A stretch of 61,731 nt of DNA, filler included, from Hausera hauseri (GCA_046269625.1; 11 parts of 11 records of this genome joined end to end with filler, not necessarily neighbours in it); one strand, 5' to 3'; shown: positions 12,850 to 26,400, counted from the whole stretch's first letter. Translations and numbers: made by a program. Notes: generated by a model from the sequence alone, not told the origin.

Positions 12850-14120
12850 ATGAAAACTTCTTCGATAGTTGCCAGACCAATATCTTACATACAAATAATT
12901 CTTGCACTATCGATAATTGCCTCATATATACCAAGAGTAAAAACTCAGTTTATGTAGGACCAATCCCCTGTAGAAGATGGCCTTGGGATCCGCCAAAGTG
13001 GAAAGCGACAAGAACTAATCGAGAAACAACAACATGCAGAAAGGCGGAGAGATATACAAAATTTAAAATCACTAAAAGACTACGATATTGATTGGAGCAA
13101 ACGATGCGCCTGGTTTAAGGAAAGTAAACCCGTTAGAAGCCATGTTAAATTCCAAATACTATTAATAGACAAAACCAACACAATAATGAGAAAATGTGAT
13201 TTTTCCTATGGGATACAACAAAAATGTTGCGATTTAGATTTTGGAGGGACATACGAATATAAACTACAAATGTTCTACTACCAATTTCACGTAACTCAAG
13301 CCTACATAATTTAACACCTCAGAATACATATGCCAAAAAGCAGTGAAACAAATCAAGCGAAACTTAATGACATAATCCAGAGGACTGACTCACAGAGACT
13401 AATCTTGAATGATAATATAATCCAAATCTTTAAAGACATCAAAAATAAATGAATCCGCATAAGAACCAAAACAAGGTTAACCAGCGACAGACAAATTTTC
13501 ATTCTGTTTATACAAATTGAAAAATCAAACCCCATCAGCGAATTATTGCTACATCGGACGAGATAGAGCAAACTGATGTTGTAAAATACCGCTTCAAAGT
13601 ACATTTCGATCTATATTGCACTCAATTAAATGAACGAAGTGTTTATCTAAGAAGTTTTTATCCGGAAGTTCGAGTATGGAAAATTCCTTTTCGTGTCTAC
13701 GAGAAAACCATGTACTATCCAGAGTACAACTGTTTCTACTAATGTAGCCACAGAGTAAAATGCCCGAAGGGGAATTGGAAAGTATACATGTTAAGTATTT
13801 GATGCACCACTATAAAATTGTGTTTTACTTTGAAGAGAAATTAAACTACGCTATTAAAATTGAATGTCGTACCTTACATACTAATCAAATTGTAGTCAAG
13901 AAACTGAACGCAAACTACTACAATCACAACGCGACTATGTAATTCAAGTTTCCACAGAAAGTAAAAGACAGAACCTTCGCACTACGAACTATAAACGAAA
14001 TTCAAGCAGTAGCATATAAGGATACTAGTACCGAAAACACGATTACTACAGGAAATTCAGTTGAACCAACGAACTTACCAATAATATCCATTTTGATCTG
14101 TCAACTTTCGTTCTCATCAT
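12850..14120 (+). pseudogene. Accessory membrane-protein ORF of the Gypsy element (signal/TM, FN3-like ectodomain, TM remnant), disrupted
   Basis: Hydrophobic ISYIQIILALSIIASYIP, then QKCCDLDFGGTYEYKLQMF, which parallels KVCCNVTRGRIYELNYIIF in ORF 39197-40174. Ends in a Thr-rich stalk and LPIISILI. Confidence 0.5.
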
Positions 14121-14149
14121 AATAAAGATAAGGATTTCCTCCAGATACA

Positions 14150-14748
14150 AGAGGACATAAGCCATTGCCTATATGGATACATTATATCAGCGTATAGAGT
14201 GCATGAGACTGGAAAAACTAGGAATCCGACAAGAATACATAATTGGAATTCGCGAACTGAGTCGCAGTCCAGCAGTTATAAGCCAAATAGACAACGTCTT
14301 AATGAAAATAAGAGGATGTTTACTCATTCCAACTTCACATGAATCCCAATTCAAAATAATGTTAAAAGCCATGAATGGCAGTTATTTCCGTTTACCTAAA
14401 CCGCTAACCGCGAACCAGAGGACGAAATACGTAAGGAATATTTACATTTGTCTACTCTGGGATCATGAATGGAAACCGAGAAAGCCCATGCAAAATTTGA
14501 TGTCGGATAAAAACCACATTATCCTGATGCAAAAATTTCACAGAGGGTTCAACAAATACCCCACACATCAGCAGGTTAGCTCACAAAAGGATAATAATTT
14601 TCAAATCACCGTTCAAACCAAACCAGTCGAACAGCCCAGTCAGAATCAAATAAAGTCAATCAAAACTATCGGTAATGTGCAAAGAAAACTAATCCAGTCA
14701 ACCAGTCAAGATAAAAAAGAACGACAAAACTCTTTTATAAGCCTATGA
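14150..14748 (+). pseudogene. C-terminal half of an exonuclease-like accessory domain plus Gln/Lys-rich tail
   Basis: LGIRQEYIIGIRELS...PLTANQRTKYVRNIYICLLW parallels LKCPLRRILGIRDI...PLRSTVMVQCFQALYRTLQW of the DEDDh-like ORF at 37798-38668. Confidence 0.45.
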
Positions 14749-15821
14749 ATACCCAAGAATTGTGTTCAGTCTGTTATTATGCGCGAACAGGTCTCTCGCA
14801 AGAACGTTTGACCGACAGAAATTGGAATCAAAGGAAACCAGAAAGCACCGAATTTGAAACCTTCCTTTTTTGAACACAAATAAAAAGAAAAATAAAACTA
14901 ATAACCGTGCCGAAGAAGTAGATCAACCTAGCAGCAGTCTCTTACCCAGCATCCAAGGAGAAGTAACAAGCTCCAAGGCTAAATGAAAACGACAGAAGGC
15001 TAGAGAACCCACTGAACGGAGGATGAAAGTCTCTCGTTATGAACAACCGGCTAAGAATACAAGAAAAAACGAGAAAAACCAGAAGGACCGAATTAAATAT
15101 TCTTAGGGAGTATTGGGAAGAACCAGCCACCATAGTGAAAGTGGAGTTCGATCAAATTAAAGAGTACACAAGAATGCTCGTTATGGCCGAGTATTACAGT
15201 TAGGGTAAGATTAAGAAGGTGCTATTTTATGTTTCTACTGTTACAAGGAGAATCGTAAGCGGAAGTGACTACGCCCGAGAATACATAAAAATCGGTAAAT
15301 ATTTGGTCACAATATTTCAGTCATAAACCGGAATCAAACGATTAACTGTTCCAGTGGACATTAAAGTTGGAATTCAATTGAAGAAACAATATAAGAAATA
15401 CCAGATCGTTGAGTGGACGTTGGTACCCGTGTCAGACGATCCCAGGAAAAGTTCCATAGACCGCAAGCAAAAGCAGGTGTATGGTTATCTCTACAAGGAT
15501 AAACAAGGACTTATATTTGAACGAATTGAAGTTNNNNNNNNNNAGAAACGTGGACCGGGACTGGAAAATCGACATGCCCAGTATGTCGGGCCTAGTATAC
15601 GAGACCGCGATATTTCTTTAATTGGGCGAATAATAAGATAGTAAAGATATTTCTTCCAAGATCCAATACATAGTACCAATTAGAGATACAATCTCCACAC
15701 AATGAATAAGATTCGGAAGTGGGCTTACGCAGACGAATAAATCTTTTAAGACGCGCTAGTACACGGGGCACCTCTTCTGACGCAATGGGCATATCCGATG
15801 TTGCCGTTCAAGGAAAAGAAA

Positions 15822-17000
15822 TGTTGTGAAAAACTCCATCAAGAGGAACTGTACATAAAACTTGTACGCAAAAATTTGTATCAAGAACTTTAAATTTTGG
15901 TAATCAGAAAACAATGTTATTTACATTAGTTAGAAATTAAAAGTAGAAATTGTTAATTAATTAGAATTCGAAGAAGTCAGATATGAATAATCAATATCCA
16001 CCCACAGTTGTAAATACTTTTGTTGTAGGATTAACAAAACAGCTGTACAGAGTTGTAGATCAGGCTGAATTACTTGCACGCTATCTGTAAATATTAACTT
16101 ATTAATATTTCATTTTCTCGAAAATTGAAAATGTAGATAGAAATAATGTGTCGCGTTAGTACGATTGCGAACCATTATAAGCGTTCCGAGTAATTAGAAA
16201 AGAAAAAAAAGTATTTAACAGCTGTTATAAAATAATTTATAATCGCTGAAAATGAGAATACGCTCACAGCAGAAATTAGTATATGAACCAACGAAAATTA
16301 CACTGAAAGAGAAAGAAAAATAGAAGAGGAAAAGATTTACGTAACAGTGACCCAGTTGAAAAACAGTGCGACAAATTTCATGAGAAACTCCAGAACGAAT
16401 ATATCGTTGGACATTGCTATTGATACGCCACTGTGTTATTCTTACCGGTATTTATTGTTGTTGAATATATTTTATTGTACTAATTTTTTGTTATATAGTT
16501 TCGCATTGCTCCTTAAGAGTGATTAGAGGTTACCCTAAGTTCAAAAATCGAGTGTAATTTACATAGGTAAGAGCAGATTCTGTTAAACGACGCACAGGAT
16601 CGAAACGCACTACAAGCTTTGTAAAGGAGACAATCGTTTAACGAGAAGGTTAAACGGAACTTGTTAAAACATTTGAAAATTTCATGTTAACTATTGTTGT
16701 AGTTGGGACTTGTATAAGGGCCACCCAGACTATAACAGGTATAAGTTCATTCTCGATATAATAGTGTTCGTTAGTGTATACTATTATTACTATTTTATCG
16801 TCGTTTACCCTGATATATTCAGGAACGCATAATAATAAAATCTTAACCTGGCCTTTTTGGAGCTTAAGTCGACCACCAATGATTTTTAATAACGTCCCGA
16901 AATTGCGAGAATAAAATATGTAAGATAGTTCGATAACCTTAACTTTGTAAATTGTTTTTCTCCATTTAAAATTGAATAATTTCATAATGAAATAGTTAAA
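15822..17000 (+). repeat. Putative 3' LTR (right boundary uncertain)
   Basis: Starts with TG immediately after a polypurine tract (15810-15821). Noncoding, with a TATA-like ATTATAA near 16175. Confidence 0.5.
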
Positions 17001-17960
17001 CAATAACTGCAACTGGAATGCAAAATAATTTTTATTTCAATCAGTAACAAAATATGTAAATGAATTTTTTTAATGTTCGAAACTTTGAAATTGAAAATTT
17101 GCTTTATGATATATTTAAAACAATTGTAGGAAATTCGTAAATCGATAATTGAACAATCTCAGCAAAAGATGCAAACTCCCAGCAGCTATTCTGTTTAAAA
17201 ATATTTTTCACATTACCGAAACAAACTGATAAAAAATTTAATATCAACAATTAAAAAACTTAACATTTAAGATGTTCGGTAAAACTTTAATCAACGCAAG
17301 GAAAGCTGGAAAATCACTGTGCATTCGTTTCATATCATTTTAAACTTGTTTTCTGTTATATATTTTCACCACCGAATTTAACTTCCTCATTCGTTTCTGT
17401 CCAAAAATCTGGCTGGGGTCAAAGGTACGTCTATCACGGCGACTATGTAAACAAAATGCAGAGGGGTATAGGCCATCAGTTGTCTGACCCCGGCGACTAG
17501 GGTTCGACTTCTGACAAAAGATGGAGCTGTCTAAAAGTGCACCTCGTGCGGCCTATGTANNNNNNNNNNNNNNNNNNNNNNNNNNNNNNNNNNNNNNNNN
17601 NNNTTAATTAATTAANNNNNNNNNNNNNNNNNNNNNNNNNNNNNNNNNNNNNNNNNNNNTGTTCAATTGAAGAAATTCAGCAATCATTTCAGGGCGGACG
17701 TAAGAGACTTAAATGAAGTAACAAGAGAGTATTATCATAAACCCAACAAGAATCGGGCAGGTAATAGCATCATTTAAGGGACTAGACAATATATGAAAAT
17801 CTTCAACACAAACATGGGACACAGGAAAATTAAATGTGTATAAATCAAATGTTCGCACAGTTCTCCTGTATTGATCTCAGATATGGACAGCAAACACGAA
17901 AACAGAATACAGACTAAGAGGCGTTGGGGGTAGATGTCTAAGACGTTTCTTAGAAAATAA

Positions 17961-18717
17961 ATGAATCAAAGAAAACATACACTCAAAATAGGTGCATGGA
18001 ATGTTAGGAAATTAATGAAAGATGGAAAGTTGGACAACATCAAGAGAGAAATGAAAAGAATGAACACCAGTATAATGGACTTATGCGAAATAAAATAGAC
18101 TGGAGCAGGAAGTATAAACTCAGATGATTATAGAATAATATACTTAGGAGGAAATACCCATGAAAGAGGAGTGGGATTAATATTAAATACAAAAACAGCC
18201 AAAACCTATAGGTATAAAGGATACTGGTCAGTATCAGAAAGAGTAAGCTATCAAGTTAAAAGGAAAACCTATAGACAGGAGAGAACATTGAAGTATTTTA
18301 TAATGACATGGAAACAGCACTGAAGCAATACAAGTCTCATGAAATTAATATTATCCTAGGAGACTTCAATGCCAAAGCTGGGGATAAAGCAACAGAAGTG
18401 ACCGGCAGACATGGGTTGGGAAAAAGAAATGAAAGAGGTGACAAACTGATAGAATGGGCAACAATTAATAACATGGTAATAGGTAATACATTATTCAAAC
18501 AGCATCCAAGAAGATTATGGACATGGGAGAGCCCAGGGGGAAACTTTAGAAACTAAATAGATTATATAATGATAAATAGAAGATTCAGAACATCACTTAT
18601 GGCTGTAAAAACAATGCCAGGAGCTGACCGCAATAGTGACCATGTACCAGTGGTAGGGAAAATAAAGACAAAATTAAAGAAAATTAAGTATAGACCAAAG
18701 AACATTAAATTAAACCA
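17961..18717 (+). mobile_element. RTE-clade LINE AP-endonuclease region, decayed
   Basis: IGAWNVR, ERGVGLIL, IILGDFNAK, GLGKRNERG, IGNTLF.QHPRRLWTWESP, IDYIM, GADRNSDH. Confidence 0.92.
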
Positions 18718-18809
18718 GGGTTTCCGTTTTCATGTCAGTGGCTTCCTTACGGCTTTCACCACTGGCAGTCATGCTAGTGTCACACTCCGGAGGTCCATCC
18801 TGCAGTTTT

Positions 18810-18921
18810 GTGTACGTGCGTGCATGCGTGCGTGCGTACGTGTGTGCGAGCGTGTGTGTGTGCTTTTGCGTACGTGTGTGTGTGCGCGCGCCTGCGTGTG
18901 TGTGTGCGCGCGTGTGTGTGT
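18810..18921. repeat. Imperfect (TG/CG)n microsatellite
   Basis: Direct inspection. Confidence 0.9.
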
Positions 18922-19254
18922 ATCCCCCCGATATACAATATTGTCATAAAATTCAAGGGGAAAGGAACATGTTTAATGTTTGATCATGCGGAGAAGAAGA
19001 TCAGAAAGTAACTATTACCTTGTCATTACAAAGCTACGAGCAGAATAGCGTAACTAAAGAAATGGAGACCACAATGCAACAAAAATAAAAGCAACAAGAC
19101 TTGAGGACAAGTACAAGACAATAATTCACAATAACATACTCAAAACTGTAGCCGAACAGGATGATGGATCAATAGAAATGAAGTGGCAGGGAACAGCAAT
19201 GAAATATGGGACACAGAATAAATACAAAAGCTGGTTATAAGTTAACACAACTGT

Positions 19255-20056
19255 AGAATATCACGAATATCAAGTACATGGGATCAGTTATCACAAATGG
19301 AGGATCAAAAACAGAGATGACATCGAGGGAAACGCAACAGTCGCAAGGTTGACAATAATTTGTAATGATGCGAAAATTTCACTCATCAAAAATCAGACTA
19401 ATTGGCTCATTAATAATATCCATACTTCTGTATGCGTGTGAAACAAAGACACTAACAGCAGAGATAGAACATAAAATTCAGGCTGTAAAGGTCATATTCT
19501 GTCGGCAAATCCTACAAATGTCATCATCATCAATGACATGCCGTCGTCATGGATCTCCACCTCACGCGATTCCTGGTGTCTCCAACCATCTCTGCTGTTG
19601 ACCTACTTCCGAGCCATTCACGCAGACCTTCCAGACACTTCATTCTCTGTCGTCCACTACATCTATTTCCTGGTATTTTACCTGTGGTGACCAAGTTCTC
19701 CAGATTTCATACAAAGATCATACAAATATCACACAAACATCAAATCACAAATGATGAAATACGTCAGCGAATCAAAAAAGCCATTGCTCCACATAAAGAT
19801 CTCCTTGCAATGGTGAAAGAACGGAATCTGAAATGGTATGGCCACATCAAAAGGTCAAACGGTCTTGCAAAAACCATCCTGCCAGGCACTGTACCAGGTG
19901 GGAGAAAACGGTCGACAGAAGAAAAGATGGGTGGATAATATCAGGCAATGGACATGCCTAACGTTCAGCGCATCACTGAACCGAGGCGGATGGAGAAGGG
20001 TTGTTCGGGGCCATTGAATGTGCCCCAACGACCACCATAGGGCTGATGATGATGAC
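19255..20056 (+). mobile_element. RTE-like LINE 3' end (RT C-terminus), interrupted by an antisense RTE 3' fragment at about 19521-19707
   Basis: KYMGSVI, KIRLIGSLIISILLYACE, ITNDEIR, RNLKWYGHI, ILPGTVPGGRKR and a (GAT)n tail at about 20045. The inner fragment reads NLENLVTTGKIPGNR..GRQR on the minus strand and also ends in (GAT)n. Confidence 0.85.
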
Positions 20057-20135
20057 AGTCGAAACGAAAAAAAAACAACAGTTGTGGAAGTCTCTTCTTA
20101 AAAGAAGCCCCATTTGTCGTGGGCACACAAAAAAC

Positions 20136-20137
<2 letters not shown>

Positions 20138-20177
<40 letters not shown>

Positions 20178-20190
20178 GAGAGAGAGAGAG
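20138..20190. repeat. (GA)n microsatellite
   Basis: Direct inspection. Confidence 0.95.
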
Positions 20191-20354
20191 CACCACTTCA
20201 AGACATGTACATTAATTACTATATTGTTCTATGATTACATTTACAGTACTACTTTTATAATGAGAAGTATAATTTACTGTATTCGCAAAACATTATATTT
20301 GCAGCGTTTTTTAAAATTACTTTCTTGTAATGTTACATGCCCATATCCAAACAG

Positions 20355-20508
20355 GTGTCATCTACATGTTAGTCAAAGGAAACAGTATCTATGGCAATGG
20401 CTATAATGACCGTATCCTGACTGCTTGTTTAGAAATTGGGGACCTCATCTGGCAGAAAGGTCTCCTCACCAAGGGCCCTGGTCTGTGTCATGGAGTTGCT
20501 GGCAATGC
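20355..20508 (+). CDS. LanC-like protein (LANCL3-like), penultimate coding exon
   Basis: cag|GTGTC acceptor and GC|gtatgt donor. Encodes GVIYML...IGDLIWQKGLLTKGPGLCHGVAGNA, containing the LanC zinc-binding CHG motif. Confidence 0.9.
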
Positions 20509-21238
20509 GTATGTAAATTGATAAAAACATACGAGTTGATTAGTTTTTCTTTTCTGTTGCTAGCTTTGATAGCAATAAATGTTGCTGGCTAGGGGGCTGA
20601 CTTGTAGCTGGAAGAAAAGCAAAGAATCATGAGGTGTTGAAGTCTGTTTTCAGTACAATCGCAATGTATCATNNNNNNNNNNNNNNNNNNNNNNNNNNNN
20701 NNNNNNNNNNNNNNNNNNNNNNNNNNNNNNNNNNNNNNNNNNNNNNNNNNNNNNNNNNNNNNNNNNNNNNNNNNNNNNNNNNNNNNNNNNNNNNNNNNNN
20801 NNNNNNNNNNNNNNNNNNNNNNNNNNNNGAGAGGTGTGAGAATGTACAGTCCCCTTGGTCTCAGATACACACACACACTGCACTAGCGAGGATTTTTCCA
20901 GGGAAGCTTTTAACTAGAATTTCGTACAGTGTGACCATTAGACATGATGGTTTCGATTTTCAACTAGCACTGCAAAACAAAGAAAAATTATGTTAACTAT
21001 GATTCTGACTTCTGGTACAGCTTGACGATCAACAGTTGTGAAAGTATCTTCTCAATAGCAACACCAAATGTCATGCAAATTATTTGTACCCATAAAGAGA
21101 AAGGGAGCGCGCTGTCGGTTTTTCATCCTACATGTTTTTTAAGTTATCAACCGCGAAGTTATTTTTGAGCGAAGATGCCTAAAAAGAATCTGTCCACGGA
21201 AAGCAAAGACTGTTAATTACAGAGATAACGAATGTACC

Positions 21239-21790
21239 GTCATCATCAGGTGCCAGGCTGTAAAGTGCAGGTCGTCATGGATCTCCATGTCTCGCAATTC
21301 TTGGTGTCTCCAACCATGTCTGCTGTTGACTTACTTCCAAGGAATTCACGCAAACTCTGATCCAGACACTTCATTCACTGCCGTCTACTACTTCTATTTC
21401 CTGGTATTTTGCCTGTCGTGACCAAGTTCTCCAGACCTTCTCTTCTGAAAACAAGGCCCGTCATGGATGTTTGTCTCTTTCTGATCTTACTGATAAGCGT
21501 TCTTTCTACGTCTGCTTCATGTAAATCATCCTAATTTGTTCTCTTTGCTGTCCATGGGATTTTTAACATTCTTCTTCTGAGAAACTACATCTCTGTTGCT
21601 TTTCAAGAATTCTAAAATTGTTTACTCTATGTCCAAGATTCAGAACCACACATTAATATGGGCTCGATATAACACTGCAGGACTATATTTCTAAGCTGTA
21701 ATGAAAGAGATGTCGTACACAATAAGCTTTTCATTTTCTGGAATGCTGTTTTTGCCTGTGCACTTCTACTTTTGATTCCGTATAATGTAC
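21239..21790 (-). mobile_element. RTE-like LINE 3' fragment inside the LANCL intron (related fragment at about 23590-23850)
   Basis: AQAKTAFQKMKSLL..LQCYIEPILMCGSESWT and LENLVTTGKIPG, with a (GAT)n tail. Same family as 19521-19707. Confidence 0.85.
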
Positions 21791-22189
21791 AAATATCACT
21801 AACATTAACAATACAATCAACAAAAGGAGGTTTAAACACCTTTGCCATATACTGATGATGCACAAATACATCCATACGCTGCCCTAAAATGAAAATCAAC
21901 AGGCAAACAACAAGGGAGAAACATGGAACTGAACTAAAACGAGAGAACAGAGATCGTTAAGGCCTGGAGTGAACTGAATTGCTTTATCCAGGACAATTGT
22001 GAACCGAAAAATTTATTTGGCCACATGCTTCAAAGGAGGTAAGAGACAAGGAATATAAAGAAAGGGAACACTAATATGTTCAATGTTATATGTTTGAATT
22101 AAATACAGGTGCATTCTGTGTGAATTTATCTTTAATTTCATATATAATAAAATTAATTTCACTTAATAATTTTTGAACTATTGTTTTGT

Positions 22190-22440
22190 TCTAATGGTCA
22201 TAACCTTATAACTGTACCCGCTTGCAAATCACATGGCCACGGGTTCAATCCCAGTTGTGGTGCGAGTACATTTTTTTTTTTTTGAGGACAACAATTCCTG
22301 GAGTCCTCCCAACATCAAAAGCTAGGCATCAGTGAAATTCTTTGAGAAAGTGAAGGCGGCCTAGCGTTAGGCTGATATGTGACCCAATCATGTGTCTATC
22401 TATCATCTAGAGCATCCGTCCGTACCAGTCATTTACACCA
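22190..22440 (+). mobile_element. Probable tRNA-derived SINE
   Basis: A-box-like CTAATGG and B-box GGTTCAATCCC at about 22242. No intact cloverleaf. Confidence 0.45.
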
Positions 22441-22577
22441 GTTACAGACAGCTCACTAACCAATCACATTATCACAATTTACTTAAGTCAGTTTCAGTTT
22501 GTCTTGACTTTATAATTCCAGCCATTTCTAAATTTACTGTGATATTTAACTTTCGTTTCTTGACCTGATGTCCACAG

Positions 22578-22797
22578 CTACGCATTCCTGCTGCTGTACA
22601 GACACACCAAGGACAAGAAACATCTGCACAGAGCCAACCAGTTTGCTAACTTCCTTTATTCACCAGAGTTTAAGGCCGGCGCGGCTACTCCGAGTTCGCC
22701 TTACAGTTTGTTTGAGGGTCTGTCGGGGACAATTTGCTTCTTGATTGACCTAATGCAGCCAGAGGAAGCAGCGTTCCCTTTCTTTGATGTGTTATAA
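22578..22797 (+). CDS. LanC-like protein (LANCL3-like), terminal coding exon
   Basis: ccacag|C acceptor, phase-compatible with the previous exon (GC+C = Ala). Encodes YAFLLLYRHTKDKKHLHRANQFANFL..PYSLFEGLSGTICFLIDLMQPEEAAFPFFDVL*. Confidence 0.9.
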
Positions 22798-22872
22798 AAT
22801 ATTACACCATTCATTTCAGGATCAGCGTAACTCTATGACCATCATTTATAATGTATCTTTCGTGTATGTACT

Positions 22873-23400
22873 TTGTCATCCATTGTTGTGTCATATTAAA
22901 AAGTGGATTAAATTATCATTATCATCAGCATCCATTCTTGGGAACAGATCATCAACATAACCATTATACGGCGTGCATTGAAGTGCAGCTCTTATAGGGC
23001 AGCTATAGATGCTCATGGCGTTTGGTCTGTCTGCAACTGTCTTCCATGTTGTTTGTATCAGCTTGCACAGTACTTCTCCATTTTGGCTCACGTTGTTCTC
23101 TTCTCTCCTTTCCTCTGCTGACGAACACACCGCGGTTTTGGTCATGCTCATTAGATCTTTCTGAGAACATCTCCCGTTTGCCTCCAGCATTTTTTTTTCT
23201 TTCTTATTATTTTAAGTATGTATTTTTTCATGTGAGGAAGTTCCTGGATTTCTTTATTCAATTAGTTCTGTGTTTTTATTTGCTGGAGTTTTTAAAAAAT
23301 TCAATGAATGTATTGAATTAGCGAAAACATTGACACACATCATTCGAAAGGATATAATCATTATCAGGTACCAGGAACTGCATGCCGTGGATCTTTAAAA
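22873..23400. repeat. Diverged repeat of about 500 bp, duplicated at about 25702-26450
   Basis: Shared blocks such as CATATTAAAAAGTGGATTAAAT, AAGTGCAGCTCTTATAG, GATGCTCATGGCGTTTGGTCTGTCTGCAACTGTCTTCCATG and TATTATTTTAAGTATG. The second copy has an insertion. Confidence 0.8.
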
Positions 23401-26400
23401 GTAAAGTCCAATTTACGCCTAGAGGCAGGCGTATAGGGAAAAGTGGAGTTAATGTCTACATTTTCCCTTGACACCGGCACGTGATTGGGTTATGTTGTCA
23501 GCATAACGCCTGGCTGCCTTTACTTTCCCAGAGAATTCCTCCGGTACCCGTTTTTTGAGGTTGGGTAGGCGCGTTCTGTCATTTATTTACAGACATCTTC
23601 TTGTTCCTGATATTTGGGCTGTGGCGGGCAAGTACTCTTGCCACTCTCTTCTTAAAACACTGCAATTCGTGGATGCTTGTCTCTTTCTGATCTTACTGGC
23701 AAACCTACTTTCTGCATCTCTTCCATGCAGTACATTATAATAATTCCCCTTGCCGTCCATGAGATTGTCAACATTCTCCGGAAAGAAAAACCACATCTCT
23801 ATTCCTCTGTACATCTCTATTCCTCTGTTGCTTTCAAAGAATTGCCCCATTTTTTACGCATTGTCCCGGAGTAGAAGTTCAGTATAACACTGGACTCTGT
23901 TAAAAGACCTGTGTTACACAATATATTTTATCATTTATTGGTACGCTGTTTTTGCCTATAACAAAATCATATGAAATGTTAAACATTACACGATATGCAA
24001 AGCCAGAACTGGTTGTAGCTTTTTTCCTTCTTTGTTGTTTTATTTTAGTTGGTATTCTGGATCTTTTTTTTCTGTTTGGTGCAAACGTATCTATAACAGC
24101 TGTAGCGTCCTTGAGGATGTCCATCAATTCCACAGACGCCCCCGCCTGCAATATCATTTCCAAAAAGACCATACTACGCTGACCCCGACTCCAATGACCC
24201 ATCCTCCCTCTTTGTCTACTTCGTTCGGTCTATCGAGTGCTTGTTCATACACATATTTGTTTGTTTATTTCATTTATACGTTAATGCGATCCTGCTAGAA
24301 TTTTAAAGAGCATCGTTACGTGAAGATATGTGGCTGATTTAAAATAACATCTAAAGTTTTTCATTTTTGTTTTAACTGCAATGTCTGGAGTGTTCCTACC
24401 TTTCGATATTATTTCTTTTTGTTTTCTTCAAATCCGAAGGCTAGGAAAGATACAGTAAACAGCCGGTCAAGAACACAGCAATGCGACACCCGATAGCCAC
24501 CCATTTCAGCTGACCGATTTCAACCAATCGCGTTGAACTGTTTTGAGGGAACACTTTTCTCATTTGGGTCACCTTGCAAATATTCTTCTGTAAGCAATCT
24601 AAAGATTCCTTACATTAAGGAGAAATAAATGATGATTTCAAATAACACAATTTATCTACTCAAACAGAGCAAACGAGCATTAAACTTTCATATGACAGAA
24701 CGCCGTAAAGTGTAAGGCTTATAACTGTATCAAAAGGAACTAGTCTGTCCGACTGATTCCTCTTTCGGAAACGAAACAAAGAATCCTATAAAACTCGAAC
24801 GTTAATCGGAGGGACCCGAAATAACCCGAGCATTGCGATCTCCCGAAGCGATCTCCGTTTAATATTTGAATCTCAGATAATCACGTACTTCAAATTTTAT
24901 TTTTTAAAATATCTCACTTGAATTTAACACAGATTACTTAAAGAGTCTGGGGACTAGGCTAGTCTCCTAGTCCCCTGCATTGCACACCACTGGATGCTAT
25001 CTATTCAGGGCAGCTTGGGTCTAACTCTCTTTCTCTCTTGACTTTCCCTTTAAGTGTGGTGTTCTATAGGTCAATTTCTCTTGACACGTGACTGTCGTAG
25101 CTGGCATTTTTTAATGTTGTTACTATGTAGACATTCTGTTCTGTTTACTTCATACGTCAGTATTTGTAGCACGCTCCGTGTATGATACTCCATTTTATAG
25201 CAAGTACTTACATTTTTCTTTCCGAGTGTAAGAATGCAGAATGTAAGACAGACCCATATACCTAATTCTCAACTCTTTGTAAATAAAATGTTTCTATTAT
25301 TTCACTCTTTTTATGCCATTAGTGTCCATGACACATGTATCTGCTGTAGAGAAGATACCAGTGGCGGCGCGTTTACGTTCTCAAATTTAGCAGAGCTAAC
25401 AAAAAGCAAAAAGGAATAAACTATATAATGTTAAATTTAAAAAACCAAAATTAAAAAGTCTTGTAAACGACGAGAATCTTACGGCCAGCAGCGCTCCAGT
25501 GCAAAAGGGGAAATAAACAATGCGGTATTCTTGTGAAGATCGAGAAGTCCCGTAGGTCTTTCTTTTGAAGATTAGCCACCTCCATTTAAGTCGTTGTTAA
25601 CAGATGGAGACATGGTTGCAGGTCAAAGTTCAGACGAACGCTGTGAAATTCGCATTCTTGCCGCGTTTAAAAATTGTCTTGAGAGGAAAGTGTTGTTTCT
25701 ATTGTCATCCAGTGTTGTGGCATATTAAAAAGTGGATTAAATAATAATCATCATTATCATCAATTCTTGGGAGTAGATCACCAAAACAACCATTATACGG
25801 CGTGCCTTAAAGTGCAGCTCTTATAGCGCAGTAATAGATGCTCATGGCGTTTGGTCTGTCTGCAACTGTCTTCCATGCTGTTGTTTGTATCAGTTTTCAC
25901 AGTACCGGTACTTCTCCATTTATAACAAACGTGTTGTTCTCTTTTTTCCTTCCCTCTGGTGGCCATTGTGCTGTGATTTTGGTCATGTTCGCTAGATATT
26001 TTCTGAGGACATCTCCAATTTGTCCCCAGTCTTTTTTTTTTTTGTTTTGTTATTATTTTAAGTATGTTTTTTTTTTTATTTGATGAAGAAGTTCCTGGTT
26101 ACAGTCTGTCACCATGTATGTCTGTGGATTTTTTTTACTCAACTTTGTGTGGGAAAATAATAACTTGTGCATGTATTTGCTGTTCAGAGTTCTGCTCAAT
26201 AGATGAACATTGACAGCACACAGCTCTTATGTATTTGGTTTAGATCTCAGTTTTTTATTCTGAAATTTTACATTTGCAGTTGCATTTAGCAAACGGCTGA
26301 CATTGATGTCTTTATTGTATTACTTGTGCATTTTTAATTGCTGTAGCTAAACACATTTATTGAACTTACTGAAATAACAAAAACATTGACACATCATTCA

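Larger units (their letters stand above)
11035..17000 (+). mobile_element. Decayed Ty3/Gypsy element: 3' pol, about 3 kb accessory coding region and 3' LTR (right end approximate)
   Basis: RT/RNase H remnants (DLQS*YWHIEI, ALRHFDVYVYGQKVIIVTD..RLNRW..YKPGSKHVDADALSR) and integrase (CEVC, MDFVESLP, IDRLTRF, YGPPTQILTD*GRNF, TTAYH, GFTPFFMMYGRE). Purine tract AAGGAAAAGAAA is followed by TGTTGTG at 15822. Confidence 0.88.

Noticed and set aside
17455-17559. Possible tRNA gene (GGTTCGACT B-box)
   Set aside because: No convincing cloverleaf, and truncated by the linker; at most a SINE head.
18732-20406. ORFs with CVCVR/ERERER/LSLSLS runs
   Set aside because: Translations of (TG)n and (GA)n microsatellites.
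20589-20996. ORFs spanning the N gap at 20673-20828
   Set aside because: Open only because of Ns.
20355-22797. Bacterial lanthipeptide cyclase cluster
   Set aside because: The gene is spliced with GT-AG introns and matches animal LanC-like proteins; no lanA/lanB is present.
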